Shown here piece by piece: positions 1-10,113 of a stretch of DNA of 64,000 bases. A program made the translations under genes and the position numbers. Position 1 is the first letter of the stretch; each line of letters opens with the position of its first letter. Under the pieces are notes generated by a model. The model ran no database searches. It was not told the DNA's origin and saw nothing but the letters and a program-made list of their open reading frames with translations. This DNA is from Actinomycetota bacterium (GTDB lineage Bacteria > Actinomycetota > Geothermincolia > Geothermincolales > RBG-13-55-18), in the NCBI GenBank assembly GCA_030019255.1, contig JASEFK010000001.1, forward strand, positions 25,012 through 89,011, written 5' to 3'.

Positions 1-2402
1 AAAACCCGGGCCCTTTCCTTCTCCGGGATACCGGCCCCACGGTCCCTGACCGAAAAGAGATATCCTTCCCGGTCCCTTTCCGCCTCCACCACCACCTCCG
101 ACCCCGGAGGGGAGAACTTGAAGGCGTTGTCCAGCAGGATGAACATCACCTCCAGGAAGCGGTCCGGGTCCAGGCGGCAGGCCCCCAGCTCTCCCTTCGC
201 CCGCAGGGTGACCTTGCGATCCATGATCCCCACCTCGGCCACCGCCCGGTGCAGGAGGGGGAGTACCTCCGTCTCCCGGCACTCGAGCTCCAGCTGGCCG
301 CGCTCGATGCGGGAGACATCCAGCAAGTTTTCCACCAGGCGCACCAGGCGGATGGATCCCTCGTCGATGGCGGTGAGCATCTCCATCTCCTCCCCTCCGC
401 CCCTCCCCTTGAGGCGTTCCCGGAGGGTGAGGGCATAGCCCCGGATGATGGTCACCGGGTGGCGCAGCTCGTGGGAGGCCACGTCGATGAAGCCCTTGAG
501 GCCCTCCTCTCGGGAGAGGCGCTCCTCCTCCACGGCCAGGGTTCGGGCCAGGGTGGCGAAGGTCTCCAGGTCCTCGGTGTTCAGTTCATGAACCCGTTGC
601 CAGTAGACGGAGAGGACCCCCTTGACCATATCGCCCACGATCACGGGGAGGCCGGCGAAACAGCGGTAACCATGGGCCACGGCCAGTGGGTCCCTCCCCG
701 GGACCACCTCCTCTTTATCCCCTTTTATGATAAGGGGTCCGGCGTCCTCCCCGCGCAGCAACGGGTGCCCGGCGAATACCTCCAGGTCATCGAGCAAAAG
801 GAAGCCCTCCTCGCCGGGAAAGGTAGTGAGGAGGGCCAGTTTTTCTCCCTCCCGGCGGGCGTAGGCCGCCGCCTCTCCCTCCAGGATGTCCCGGCAGGCC
901 TGGACGATTATCTCCATGTTGGAGAGGAAATCGGCCCCCAGGGAGAGGAACATCCGGTTCAGGCGGTTCACGCGTCGCTGGGTCAGCGTCTGCTGGGTGA
1001 CATCCCGGCAGTTTATCACCACGCCCCCCACGTAGGGGTCGTCCAGGAGGTTCACCCCCGAGCTCTCCACGATGCGCCAGTTCCCCTCCGGGTCGCGCCA
1101 GCGGTGGATGACGCGATTTACCTGGCCGGGGTGTCGGATGCCATTCCGGAAAGCCTGGGTGACCTGCGGAAGGTCCTCCCGGTGCATGAACTCGAAGACG
1201 GTTTTTCCCAACAGCTCCTCCGGCTTCCACCCCAGCACCCGCTCCGTGGAGGGACTGGCGTACACGTGACGGCCCTCGGCGTCGAGCACGGTGACGGCGT
1301 CGAAGGCGTTCTCAATCAGGCGATGGAAGTACCTCTCGCGCCGGAGCAGTTCCCCCTCGGCGGCCCGTCTTTCGGTGATGTCCTCCATGGCCAGGAGGAT
1401 GAGCTGGGTGCGTTCATCCTCCCGGTAGAGGCGGCGTGCGTTGAGGAGCATGACCTTCCTGCCGATGCGGGGAAAGTCGTGCTCCACCGCGTAATCCTCG
1501 AAGCTGGTGTTCCGGGGGACGATCTCCTCCAGGAGCTCCCTCAGGGCGGGGATGTCCCACTGTCGGTTCCCCAGTTCGTAGATCGGTTTTCCCTCCGTCT
1601 CCTCCGGGGTCACGCGGAAGGTGCGGTAGAAGGACCGGTTGGCGGCCACCATCCGGAGGTCGACGTCCAACACCAGGAGGGGTTCCCGCACCGTGTCCAC
1701 TACCGCCTTGGAGAAGGCGCGCGCTTCCTCCATCTGCAGGATGGACCGCTTCCGCTCTCCCAGGTGCTGGAAGTGGTGTTCGAGAACAAAGGAAGGGGCC
1801 ATGTTCTCCAGGAACTCACCGGGTGGGAGGTAATAGATGTTGTCGAACATCTCCCGGTCGATGATCACCTGGGGGTGAGTGCGCAGCAGGTCCAGCTGCA
1901 GTTCGGGAGGGAAGCGGCGGCGGTCGTACTGGCAGAGGAAGATGCAGTTTCCACCCTCTGGAAGCCGGTTTATCTCCGCCTCGTATTCCGCCAGGCCCTC
2001 CCATCCCGGGGGCCGGTCCAGGGCCCAGGACATGTGGGTGAGCACGCGCAGGGTGGGCCACCCCTCCCGCAAAGCGCGCTGGGCTTCCTCGTTCCAGGCG
2101 GCGAGGACGGCACGGGGGAAGAAATCTCCAGCGGGGATGAAGAAACGGAGGGGGTCATAGATAAGGAACTGTCCGCGTGCGGCGGCGTTGGCGGGGTCCA
2201 GGCCGGAACGTGCGAGGAGTTCCCGCACCTCTTTCCCCCGGGATCCATTTCCCACGTATACCACCTTCTCCCCCTGCTCCAGCCCGGTTCGGATATAATC
2301 GCAGGCCACCTCAAGCCTCTGCTCCTCGGTGGATAAGAGGTGGCAGATGTGCCTGCCGTGTGACACTCTCCTCAGTTCGGGAATGAGATCCATCCTTTCC
2401 AT
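1..2402 (-). CDS. Multi-sensor histidine kinase, MEDS-PAS-PAS-GAF-HisKA-HATPase (3' end runs off the window start; absent from ORF track)
   Basis: Manual minus-strand translation from ATG at 2402: MERMDLIPELRRVSHGRHICHLLSTEEQRLEVACDYIRTGLEQGEKVVY...CIFLCQYDRRRF (MEDS); PAS VVDTVREPLLVLD...ANRSFY; PAS LIENAFDAVTVLD...HRED; GAF-like FAGLPVIVGDMVKGVLSV; H-box FIDVASHELRHPVTIIRG (His codon 471-473); N-box LLDNAFKFS; G1 VRDRGPGI. Confidence 0.9.
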   Translation of the reverse strand, partial: MERMDLIPELRRVSHGRHICHLLSTEEQRLEVACDYIRTGLEQGEKVVYVGNGSRGKEVRELLARSGLDPANAAARGQFLIYDPLRFFIPAGDFFPRAVLAAWNEEAQRALREGWPTLRVLTHMSWALDRPPGWEGLAEYEAEINRLPEGGNCIFLCQYDRRRFPPELQLDLLRTHPQVIIDREMFDNIYYLPPGEFLENMAPSFVLEHHFQHLGERKRSILQMEEARAFSKAVVDTVREPLLVLDVDLRMVAANRSFYRTFRVTPEETEGKPIYELGNRQWDIPALRELLEEIVPRNTSFEDYAVEHDFPRIGRKVMLLNARRLYREDERTQLILLAMEDITERRAAEGELLRRERYFHRLIENAFDAVTVLDAEGRHVYASPSTERVLGWKPEELLGKTVFEFMHREDLPQVTQAFRNGIRHPGQVNRVIHRWRDPEGNWRIVESSGVNLLDDPYVGGVVINCRDVTQQTLTQRRVNRLNRMFLSLGADFLSNMEIIVQACRDILEGEAAAYARREGEKLALLTTFPGEEGFLLLDDLEVFAGHPLLRGEDAGPLIIKGDKEEVVPGRDPLAVAHGYRCFAGLPVIVGDMVKGVLSVYWQRVHELNTEDLETFATLARTLAVEEERLSREEGLKGFIDVASHELRHPVTIIRGYALTLRERLKGRGGGEEMEMLTAIDEGSIRLVRLVENLLDVSRIERGQLELECRETEVLPLLHRAVAEVGIMDRKVTLRAKGELGACRLDPDRFLEVMFILLDNAFKFSPPGSEVVVEAERDREGYLFSVRDRGAGIPEKERARV

Positions 2403-2874
2403 GGAGACAAAGGATACCGCACTCCTTTGCCTTTCCGTCACGAGAGGAGATTCCTGGAAGTTCAAGGACCACCCGGTCTCCCCCGGGTTCCCCCGCGCAT
2501 CCTCTGGAGGGTGATGCAGGAGTGACCTGTTGAACATATCACCAGCGGGGACGTTTCGCAATGATGCGTTTCGGGCCGGGGGTGACCGTTGGGTAAACCA
2601 CCGGAACCAGCGCGGCGGAGGTCATGTCCCCTTCGCAAAGACGATGTAGGCAGTGCACAGCGATACCTACGGTCCTTGCCTTGCCCGTGGAAACCTTCGA
2701 GAGCGTGTGTTAAGGCTGTTCGCCTCCACCGGGACAACGCGGGAAGGGCGACGCGATGCGCTTCAGCCCGGTGGTTACGGCGGGGCGGTCCCCGAGGCAA
2801 GTATCGCAACCCCAGGACCACGGGGTGGAAGGAGGCACCACACCGGCCGGCGTGCGGGAGTCTCCGCTTCGCGC

Positions 2875-3648
2875 CTATCGCCCGATGATGTAGCGGTTGG
2901 GGTCCACCTCCTCGCGGAGCAGGCGGAGCTCCTCCTCGGTGGGCTCCGGCGTCTCCACCACCTCCGGGGCCTTGAGGAGCTCGAACCCGGTGTTGGCCTG
3001 CACGTCCTCGAAGGTGTACCCCTTGTGGATGGATTCCACCCGCATGCGCTTGGTCTCCGGGTCGTAGCCCATGACCGCCATGTTGGTGATCACCTTGTAG
3101 GGGCCGGTGTTCGCCGGGAGCCCGGCCCGCTCCCGGGCTCCCGGCCCGTCCAGGTAACCGGGGGTGGTGATGAAGTCCACCCTCTCCACGAAGCGGCGGG
3201 TATCCTGGGGGGTGATGACCATTATCCTCCAGGCCAGGGACCCGAAGTCGTTGGCCCCGCCCGAGCCGGGGAAGCGCACCTTGGGCTTCTCCCAATCCCC
3301 GATGACCGTGGAGTTGAGGTTCCCGTACATGTCGATCTGGGCCCCGCCCAGGAAGCAGTAGTCCACCATGCCGCGCTGGATGGTCTCCATGACCTCGCAC
3401 ATGCCGCTGGCCATCACCGCCTTGTAGAAGGTGCGGGAGTCCCCCACCGAGATGGGCATGGTGGGCAGGAGCGGGGCCACGCCCCCGGCCTCGAAGATGA
3501 TCACCAGGTTGGGGGCGTGGGCCTTCTGGGCCAGCATGGCCGCAGCGCAGGGGGCGCCGGTGCCCACGGCCACCGCCTTGCCGTCCTCCAGGTTGCGGGC
3601 GGCGGCGCAGATCATCATCTCCATGGTGTTATAATCCGCCATTCCCAT
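2875..3648 (-). CDS. Family I CoA-transferase beta subunit (GctB-like)
   Basis: IFEAGG (putative catalytic Glu), FLGGAQIDMYGNLNST, RFPGSGGANDF, FITTPG; start overlaps upstream stop (TGATG at 3646-3650). Confidence 0.88.
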   Translation of the reverse strand: MGMADYNTMEMMICAAARNLEDGKAVAVGTGAPCAAAMLAQKAHAPNLVIIFEAGGVAPLLPTMPISVGDSRTFYKAVMASGMCEVMETIQRGMVDYCFLGGAQIDMYGNLNSTVIGDWEKPKVRFPGSGGANDFGSLAWRIMVITPQDTRRFVERVDFITTPGYLDGPGARERAGLPANTGPYKVITNMAVMGYDPETKRMRVESIHKGYTFEDVQANTGFELLKAPEVVETPEPTEEELRLLREEVDPNRYIIGR

Positions 3649-4646
3649 CACCCCCTCCCTCCCAGGTCGATGAGGTGTTCCACGGCGCGCAGCTGGTTGA
3701 TGCGCTCCAGGCCGCCGCAGAGCTCCAGGTACTGGTTGAAGTCGCGGGTCTTGTAGATGTACTTGTCCAGAAATTTTTTGAACTCCTCGGGATCCTTCTC
3801 CACCGTCAGCCACAGCCGCAGATGATCCTCGTCGGAGAAGTATTCATAGGGCATGTTGCCGGGGTAGCTCCCGAAGGGGACCTCGCAGACCGCGTCCACC
3901 AGGTAGTAGGGGATGACCGTGGCCGTGGGGTCGGAACGGATTTCCTCGTTGGGGATGAGCCTCTCGGTGGTGATGATCAGCCGCTTGGAGGCCCGGGCCA
4001 GCTCCAGGTCGGCGATGGAGATGCCCTTGATGCGCGCGTTCCCGTAGATGTCCGCCTCGTGGACGTGGATGGCGGAGACGTCCGGCCAGAGGGCAGGGTA
4101 GAGCACGTACTGCTCCCCGGTGAAGGGGCACTTTACTATCTTGGCCGCGCTGCGCTTGAAGGTGTCCGTGCCCATGAGGTTGCGCGCCGGCAGGAAGGAA
4201 ACCCCCATGGCCGCCGCCTTCAGCCGGCAGGCCATGGCGTAGTTGGTCCACTCGCAGCATTCCACCTTCCCGCTTTCCATGTAGCGCCGGGCGTTGGGAG
4301 AGAGCCCGCGCGCCTCCAGGCCGATGATGTAGGCGATGTCGCAGCGATTGAACACCTCGCCGGCTGCCAGTATCTGGAAATCATGGGTGGAGGTGTGGCC
4401 GGCGAAGATGAGGTTTTTCTTGCGCTGGCGCACTATCTCGTGGCACACGGCGGTGGGGATGCGGTTGGCGCCGAAACCGCCTATGGCCAGGTAGTCGCCG
4501 TCGTGGACGAACTTGCCTACCGCCTCGCTGACGGTCATGACCTTGCTAACCATGGCCCGGTTCTTGGTGCGGAAGAACTCGCGGGCCTTGTCGGCGTCGG
4601 GATCCATGAACAGGGGTCCCTCGCCTTGGGCAACCACTTCGAACAT
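3648..4646 (-). CDS. Family I CoA-transferase alpha subunit (GctA-like)
   Basis: FVHDGDYLAIGGF, LKAAAMGVSFLP, PDVSAIHVHEADIYGNARI, IPYYLVDAVCEVPFGSYP. Confidence 0.88.
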   Translation of the reverse strand: MFEVVAQGEGPLFMDPDADKAREFFRTKNRAMVSKVMTVSEAVGKFVHDGDYLAIGGFGANRIPTAVCHEIVRQRKKNLIFAGHTSTHDFQILAAGEVFNRCDIAYIIGLEARGLSPNARRYMESGKVECCEWTNYAMACRLKAAAMGVSFLPARNLMGTDTFKRSAAKIVKCPFTGEQYVLYPALWPDVSAIHVHEADIYGNARIKGISIADLELARASKRLIITTERLIPNEEIRSDPTATVIPYYLVDAVCEVPFGSYPGNMPYEYFSDEDHLRLWLTVEKDPEEFKKFLDKYIYKTRDFNQYLELCGGLERINQLRAVEHLIDLGGRG

Positions 4647-4953
4647 TTTTCCTTCCCTCCCTTTACGAATCGGGCTGCGGCTCGCCGAATCGAATCGATA
4701 TGTAGAATAACATCAAGCTCCTGCATGTGCAATCTGTTAAGTGGTACTTGCTATTCCGGTAACCCTGGTGTATCCTCGGGTCGAAGGCTTGACAGGGTTA
4801 GGAATTTCGTAAAGATATTATTACTGCGACGAGCCACGCTCGCGGCATAACTTCGTAAACCTCATCACGGCACCTCACGCAACATCATCGGGCGACGCGG
4901 TCCCGTTTTTTCCGTCGAGCGTTCCGGCTTTCCGCGAAGGAGGAGGGAGCGAG

Positions 4954-6888
4954 ATGAGCGAAATCGTCTGGAGGCCCTACGGGGACTATATCGAGAAGGC
5001 CAACATCACCCGCTTCATGCGCAAGCACGGCATCTCCGACTACCAGGAACTCCTGAGGAGGTCCTGCGAGGAGCTGGAGTGGTTCTGGGACGCCATCATG
5101 GAGGACCTGGACATCCGCTGGTACAAGCCCTACGAGAAGGTCCTGGACGACTCGCGGGGCATCCAGTGGTGCAGGTGGTACCTGGGGGGGAAGACCAACA
5201 TTGTCCTGAACTGCCTGGACAAGCACATGGAGACCCCGGTTAAAAACAAGCTGGCCTTCATCTGGGAGGGGGACGACGGGGCCATCCGCCGCTACACCTA
5301 CGGGGACGTCTACCGCGAGACCTGCAAGATGGCCTGCGCCCTGCGCAACCTCAAGGTGGGCAAGGGGGACACGGTGGGCATCTACATGCCCATGAGCCCC
5401 CAGATCGTCTTCTCCCTCCTGGCCTGTTTGAAGATCGGGGCCATCCCCATCCCCATCTTCTCCGGCTTCGGCCCCGCCCCGGTGGCGGCGCGCCTCCGGG
5501 ACGCCGAGGCCAAGGTGCTCATCACCGCCGACGGTTCCTTCCGGCGGGGCAAGGTCTTCCCCATCAAGGAGAACGCGGACGAGGCCGTGGGCCAGGTCCC
5601 CAGCATCAACCACGTGGTGGTCTACCGCCGGGCGGGGATCGACATCCCCTGGCACGCCACCCGGGACATCTGGATGGACCAGCTGATGTGGTGCCTCCCC
5701 GAGGACTGCCCCACGGAAGAGGTGGATTCCGAGGACTACGCCATGATCATCTACACCTCGGGCACCACCGGAAAACCCAAGGGGTCGGTGCACACCCACG
5801 GGGGCTGCCTGGCCCAGATGTGCAAGGAAGTGGGCTACTACTTCGACGTCAAGCAGGAGGACGTCTTCTTCTGGCTCACGGACATCGGCTGGATGATGGG
5901 GCCCTGGATGATCATTGGGGTCATGAACTTCGGGGGCACCTTCCTCATCTTCGAGGGGGTTCCCGACTACCCGGAGCCGGACCGGTTGTGGGACCTGGTG
6001 GAGCGGCACGCCGTCACCATCTTCGGCATCTCCCCCACCGCCATCCGCATGCTCATGCGCTTCGGGGAGGCCTGGGTGGAAAAGCACGACCTCTCCAGCC
6101 TGCGCATCCTGGGCTCCACCGGGGAGCCCTGGGACCCGGAGTCCTGGACGTGGTACTTCGAGAAGGTGGGAAAGGGGAAGCTCCCCATCATCAACATCTC
6201 CGGGGGGACGGAGATCGTGGGCTGCTTCCTCTCCCCTCTACCCATCACCGACCTCAAGCCCGTCACCCTGCGGGGACCGGGACTAGGCATGTGCATAGAC
6301 GTCTTCAACGACGAGGGGAAGCCGGTGCGGGGGGAGAAGGGACACCTAGTGGCCCTGAAACCGGCCCCCTCCATGACCCGGGGCTTCTGGCGCGACCCCG
6401 ACCGCTATATCGAGACCTACTGGTCCCGCTGGCCCAACGTCTGGTACCACGGGGACTGGGCATCGGTGGACGAGGACGGGTTCTGGTTCCTGCACGGCCG
6501 CTCCGACAACACCATCAAGGTCTCCGGGAGGCGAACCGGCCCGGCGGAGATCGAGGCCGCTCTCATGGAGCACGAGGCGGTCTCCGAGGCGGCGGCCATA
6601 GGCGTCCCCCACGAGATCAAGGGGGAGGCAGTGGTCTGCTTCGTGGTCCTGCGCCCGGACTACAAGCCATCCACCGAGCTCGCCGAGGCCATCAAGGACA
6701 AGGCCGCGGAGTACCTGGGCAAGGTGGGCCGCCCCGACGAGGTCCACTTCGTGACCGCCCTCCCTAAGACCCGTTCCGCCAAGATCGTCCGCCGCCTGAT
6801 CAAGGCCAAGTACCTGGGTGAGGAGCTGGGCGACATGTCCTCGGTGGAGAACCCGCAGGCGCTGGATGAAATCCCCCAAAAAAGGTAA
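4954..6888 (+). CDS. acs: AMP-forming acyl-CoA synthetase (acetate-CoA ligase family)
   Basis: YTSGTTGKPKG, GSTGEPW, WYHGD, GRSDNTIKVSG, LPKTRSAKIVRR; RBS ggagggag. Confidence 0.85.
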   Translation: MSEIVWRPYGDYIEKANITRFMRKHGISDYQELLRRSCEELEWFWDAIMEDLDIRWYKPYEKVLDDSRGIQWCRWYLGGKTNIVLNCLDKHMETPVKNKLAFIWEGDDGAIRRYTYGDVYRETCKMACALRNLKVGKGDTVGIYMPMSPQIVFSLLACLKIGAIPIPIFSGFGPAPVAARLRDAEAKVLITADGSFRRGKVFPIKENADEAVGQVPSINHVVVYRRAGIDIPWHATRDIWMDQLMWCLPEDCPTEEVDSEDYAMIIYTSGTTGKPKGSVHTHGGCLAQMCKEVGYYFDVKQEDVFFWLTDIGWMMGPWMIIGVMNFGGTFLIFEGVPDYPEPDRLWDLVERHAVTIFGISPTAIRMLMRFGEAWVEKHDLSSLRILGSTGEPWDPESWTWYFEKVGKGKLPIINISGGTEIVGCFLSPLPITDLKPVTLRGPGLGMCIDVFNDEGKPVRGEKGHLVALKPAPSMTRGFWRDPDRYIETYWSRWPNVWYHGDWASVDEDGFWFLHGRSDNTIKVSGRRTGPAEIEAALMEHEAVSEAAAIGVPHEIKGEAVVCFVVLRPDYKPSTELAEAIKDKAAEYLGKVGRPDEVHFVTALPKTRSAKIVRRLIKAKYLGEELGDMSSVENPQALDEIPQKR

Positions 6889-7415
6889 GGCCTTGAAATT
6901 GGATGCCTTGGTGGATAGGTAGCCTCCCCCGGGCCGTCCTCGCCGGCTTTCCGGCAGGCGCTCGGCCCGTGTGTGTATCTGCCCGTTACGGTTCTTCGGG
7001 CCGTGAGGATCCAGAGCGCGACTTCCGGCCTATTCCCGTATCCGCGAGCATGCATGGATGGCAGAGCTTGGAAATCTGGTGTCAAAAACTGTATTATGTG
7101 AACGCAGAAAAACCGGAACGCCGTTTTCCTGCCAGGTTGCCGAAAAGAGGTGAGTGATTCCCGGATACGACCAGGCTCTATCGCGCCGTCGATGCCGGCA
7201 GCCCCGCGTGACGCGGTGGAAAGTGCCGAATTTCCTCTACCCAGTTTCCCAGAGTGGCCATGAATGTTCGGCAACGGAAAAACCCTGGAGGTAAGGCGTT
7301 GGCCGCGTGCACTCCCTGCCGTCTTCAATACCTGGTAATCATTTCCTGATACCTGACAGGAAAAACTCGATACGAAAGAGCGATTGGAAGAATCAGGGAG
7401 GAGGGAGCGGAGGTC

Positions 7416-8948
7416 ATGGACAGATACGACGCGGTGGTGATTGGCGCAGGGGTGGGGGGACTTTCGGCGGCGATCCTCTTAGCCAAGGAGGGCATGAAGG
7501 TCCTGGTGGTGGAGAAAGAGGACCGGGTGGGCGGTCGCGCCCTTTCCCTTCGCGGGGAGGAGCTGCGGGAAAGGGGGACCGCCTGGTACCGGCGTCTCCT
7601 CGCCGGGCAATACTGCTGGCTGGCGGAAGCGCGTCCCGGCCTGGAGGAGATGGCCTCATCAGGCACTCTTGACGGGTACGTGCTGGACCTGGGATACCAC
7701 GGGGTCAGCGTGGCCGGGGAGGGGTATTTCGCTGTCCTGCGCGACCTCATCGGGGGTTACGGCTCGCGGCCGGTGACCATCAGGCCCTTCCTCACCGGGT
7801 CCTGGATGGACGGCAAGTTCTACCGGGAACCCCCCTTGAGCGAAAGCACCAGAGTGGATGAGAAGATCCAGGCCGAACTGGACCGGCTGGGCAAAAACTA
7901 CCTGGATTTCTTCGGCAAGCTCCTGGCCTACTCCCCCGAGGAGCTCGAACAGCTGGACCGGGTCTCCCTGCACGAACACCTGGTGAACCTGGGCTTCGCC
8001 GAAAGCCCGGTTCTCTACGATTACTTCCGGTGCATAGGCACCCTTATCACCACCATAAACGATCCCCACGACATATCCGTCGGGGACATCCTGCGTTATT
8101 CCGCCCAGGTCCTGGCCCCCACCATCCTCAAGGGCGGGGAGGTGTACGTGGGGGGTTTCACCGAGGGCGGGGTGATGGCCTGGTCGGAGGCGATGGCCGG
8201 AAGGCTGCGCGATTTCGGCGGAGAGCTCCTCCTGGAAAGCGAGGTCCGGAGGATAGAGATGGACGGAAACGCCGTCCGCGGTGTTCTCTTAAGGAAGGAC
8301 GGCGAGGAAATGTTCGTTTCCGCTCCCCGGGTGATATTCAACCCGCCGGTGCAGGAGCTCTTCCGCTTCGCGGAGGAGGAAGTCTTCCCCCGCGAATTCG
8401 CCCGACGCGTGAAGTCCCTCTACGGTTATGGAAGCGTCAATCCCTACATCGGGCTTTCCGACCTCCCGGTGCCCGAGGAGCACGCCCGCCGGCTGATGAA
8501 GACCCCCTGCGTGGTGTCCCGTTCCAAGGGCTTCAGCTGGGACGTGTACATGGCCTGGAACATCCAGTCCTATATCGAGCCCACCTGCGCTCCCGAGGGG
8601 AAGCATCTCTTCACCGCATACCTTCCCCTTACCGAGGAAGAATCCCGCAACCGGGAACTGGTGATGAAGGTGGTGCGTGCGGTTCCCGATTTCCTGGAGG
8701 GGATCTACCCCGGCTTCAAGGAATGCGTGGACTGGGAGCTGTACACGGTATGCACCCGCCTGGAGGGGGTGGCCAAGAGCGTCACCCAGGCGGGAAGCCT
8801 CAAGCCGGACGTGGAGGTCCCCGGGGTGGAGGGGCTCTACCTGGCCGGGGACACGGCGCGGGGCTACGGGGTGGCTATGGATTGTGCCTGCTCCAGCGGC
8901 ATCCTTTGTGCCCAGGCCATAACCGGGAAGGACTACGGGATAAAGTGA
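7416..8948 (+). CDS. FAD-dependent oxidoreductase, phytoene dehydrogenase-like family
   Basis: N-terminal DAVVIGAGVGGLSAA...VVEKEDRVGGRA dinucleotide motif; C-terminal VEGLYLAGD. Confidence 0.75.
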   Translation: MDRYDAVVIGAGVGGLSAAILLAKEGMKVLVVEKEDRVGGRALSLRGEELRERGTAWYRRLLAGQYCWLAEARPGLEEMASSGTLDGYVLDLGYHGVSVAGEGYFAVLRDLIGGYGSRPVTIRPFLTGSWMDGKFYREPPLSESTRVDEKIQAELDRLGKNYLDFFGKLLAYSPEELEQLDRVSLHEHLVNLGFAESPVLYDYFRCIGTLITTINDPHDISVGDILRYSAQVLAPTILKGGEVYVGGFTEGGVMAWSEAMAGRLRDFGGELLLESEVRRIEMDGNAVRGVLLRKDGEEMFVSAPRVIFNPPVQELFRFAEEEVFPREFARRVKSLYGYGSVNPYIGLSDLPVPEEHARRLMKTPCVVSRSKGFSWDVYMAWNIQSYIEPTCAPEGKHLFTAYLPLTEEESRNRELVMKVVRAVPDFLEGIYPGFKECVDWELYTVCTRLEGVAKSVTQAGSLKPDVEVPGVEGLYLAGDTARGYGVAMDCACSSGILCAQAITGKDYGIK

Positions 8949-9190
8949 GCGGCCGGGGTTAATGGTCTCGCTCGCTGAGACGCTCGCTCCTACCAAACCC
9001 CGGCCTTTAAGGGAGATCATAAGATCCCGGCACTACTTTGTCCGGTAAAGCCATGCCTGGAGCCTCGCTTGCTGCGACCAGCTATCTGCTTTCATGGAGT
9101 GCTGGTCGGGATAAGGAAAGGGAACCCGCTCAAGGCGAAGGGTAAGGATGCCGGGGCCGCTGAGCTGCCGGAAAGGACTACGGGATAAAG
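8923..9190 (+). repeat. 23-bp direct repeat (1 mismatch) CCGG[G/A]AAGGACTACGGGATAAAG at 8923-8945 and 9168-9190
   Basis: Read directly; 18-bp core AAGGACTACGGGATAAAG identical at 8928-8945 and 9173-9190. Confidence 0.85.
8951..9005 (+). repeat. Hairpin repeat family, copy A (REP-like)
   Basis: GGCCGGGGTT...AACCCCGGCC 10-bp stem; first 28 nt identical to 51193-51220. Confidence 0.85.
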
Positions 9191-9194
9191 CAAA

Positions 9195-9220
9195 GGGCCC
9201 GCGATGCGGGCCCCCTTCTT
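9195..9220. terminator. Probable terminator hairpin between convergent genes
   Basis: GGGCCCGC-GAT-GCGGGCCC flanked by AAA upstream and CCTTCTT downstream. Confidence 0.5.
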
Positions 9221-9237
9221 CCGGTGGGAGTGATTTC

Positions 9238-10113
9238 TTAGATCTCCGGGCCGCCCTTCAGGCCCAGTATCTGACGGGCTTCATCCGGGGTGGCCGGCTC
9301 GCGGTCGGCCAGCTCCACGATCTTCACCGCCTTCTCGACCTGCTCCCAGGAGCCCTGGGCCAGGACACCCTTACGGATGTTGATGTTATCCTCCAGGCCC
9401 ACGCGGATGTGGCCTCCCTCCACGGCGGCGATGAAGGCCCCGCGGAACTGGGCCGGGCCCACCCCGCAGGTGCTCCAGGTGGCGTCATCGGGGATGAGGT
9501 CCATGAAGCGCTTGAAGTTGGCCAGATCCAGCCAGCAGCCGCCCAGCACTCCCCAGACGAACTGGTAGTGGAGGGGCTCCACGAAGATGCCCTGGTTGCG
9601 GACGAAGAGGGTGTTGTAGACGCCGCCCAGGTCGTAGACCTCAAGCTCCGGCTTGGTGCCGCATTCCTTCATGGTTTTGGCGAAATCAACGAGCATCTGG
9701 AAGGTGTTGGTAAACACCGTCTCGCCCAGTATCTGGTAATTCTTCCAGTCGCCCAGGGCGAAGTTCATGGAGTTGGTGTTCAGGGAGGCCATCTCCGGCT
9801 TGAGCTGCTTGACCACGTTGATGCGCTCCTCCGGCGTGGCCCCGATGCCGATGGCCGTGGAGAGGTTGATGATGATGGGGCACTTCTCGGTGATCCCCTT
9901 GACGATATCCCGCAGGATATCGATGCTGGAGGTGGGAAGCCCGGTCTCCGGGTCGCGGGCGTGGATGTGCACGATGGCCGCCCCCGCGTTGTAGCACTTG
10001 TAGGCCTCCTCCACGAACTCCTCCACGGTGTAAGGAACGGCCGGGTTTTGGGATTTCATGGTAGCGGCACCGGCCAGGGCCGCCGTGATGATGCATTTAT
10101 CCGTGAGCGACAT
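9238..10113 (-). CDS. Beta-keto acid cleavage enzyme (BKACE / DUF849, Kce-like family)
   Basis: IITAALAGA, VHIHARD (Zn HxH), ASLN, KPELEVYD, GHIRVGLEDN. Confidence 0.9.
   Translation of the reverse strand: MSLTDKCIITAALAGAATMKSQNPAVPYTVEEFVEEAYKCYNAGAAIVHIHARDPETGLPTSSIDILRDIVKGITEKCPIIINLSTAIGIGATPEERINVVKQLKPEMASLNTNSMNFALGDWKNYQILGETVFTNTFQMLVDFAKTMKECGTKPELEVYDLGGVYNTLFVRNQGIFVEPLHYQFVWGVLGGCWLDLANFKRFMDLIPDDATWSTCGVGPAQFRGAFIAAVEGGHIRVGLEDNINIRKGVLAQGSWEQVEKAVKIVELADREPATPDEARQILGLKGGPEI

Noticed and set aside
249-2336. 695-aa plus-strand ORF
   Set aside because: Antisense shadow of the histidine kinase; no motifs of its own
4789-4821. TTGACA promoter for acs
   Set aside because: The nearest good -10 (TATTAT) is at 21-nt spacing, so it is not called as a feature
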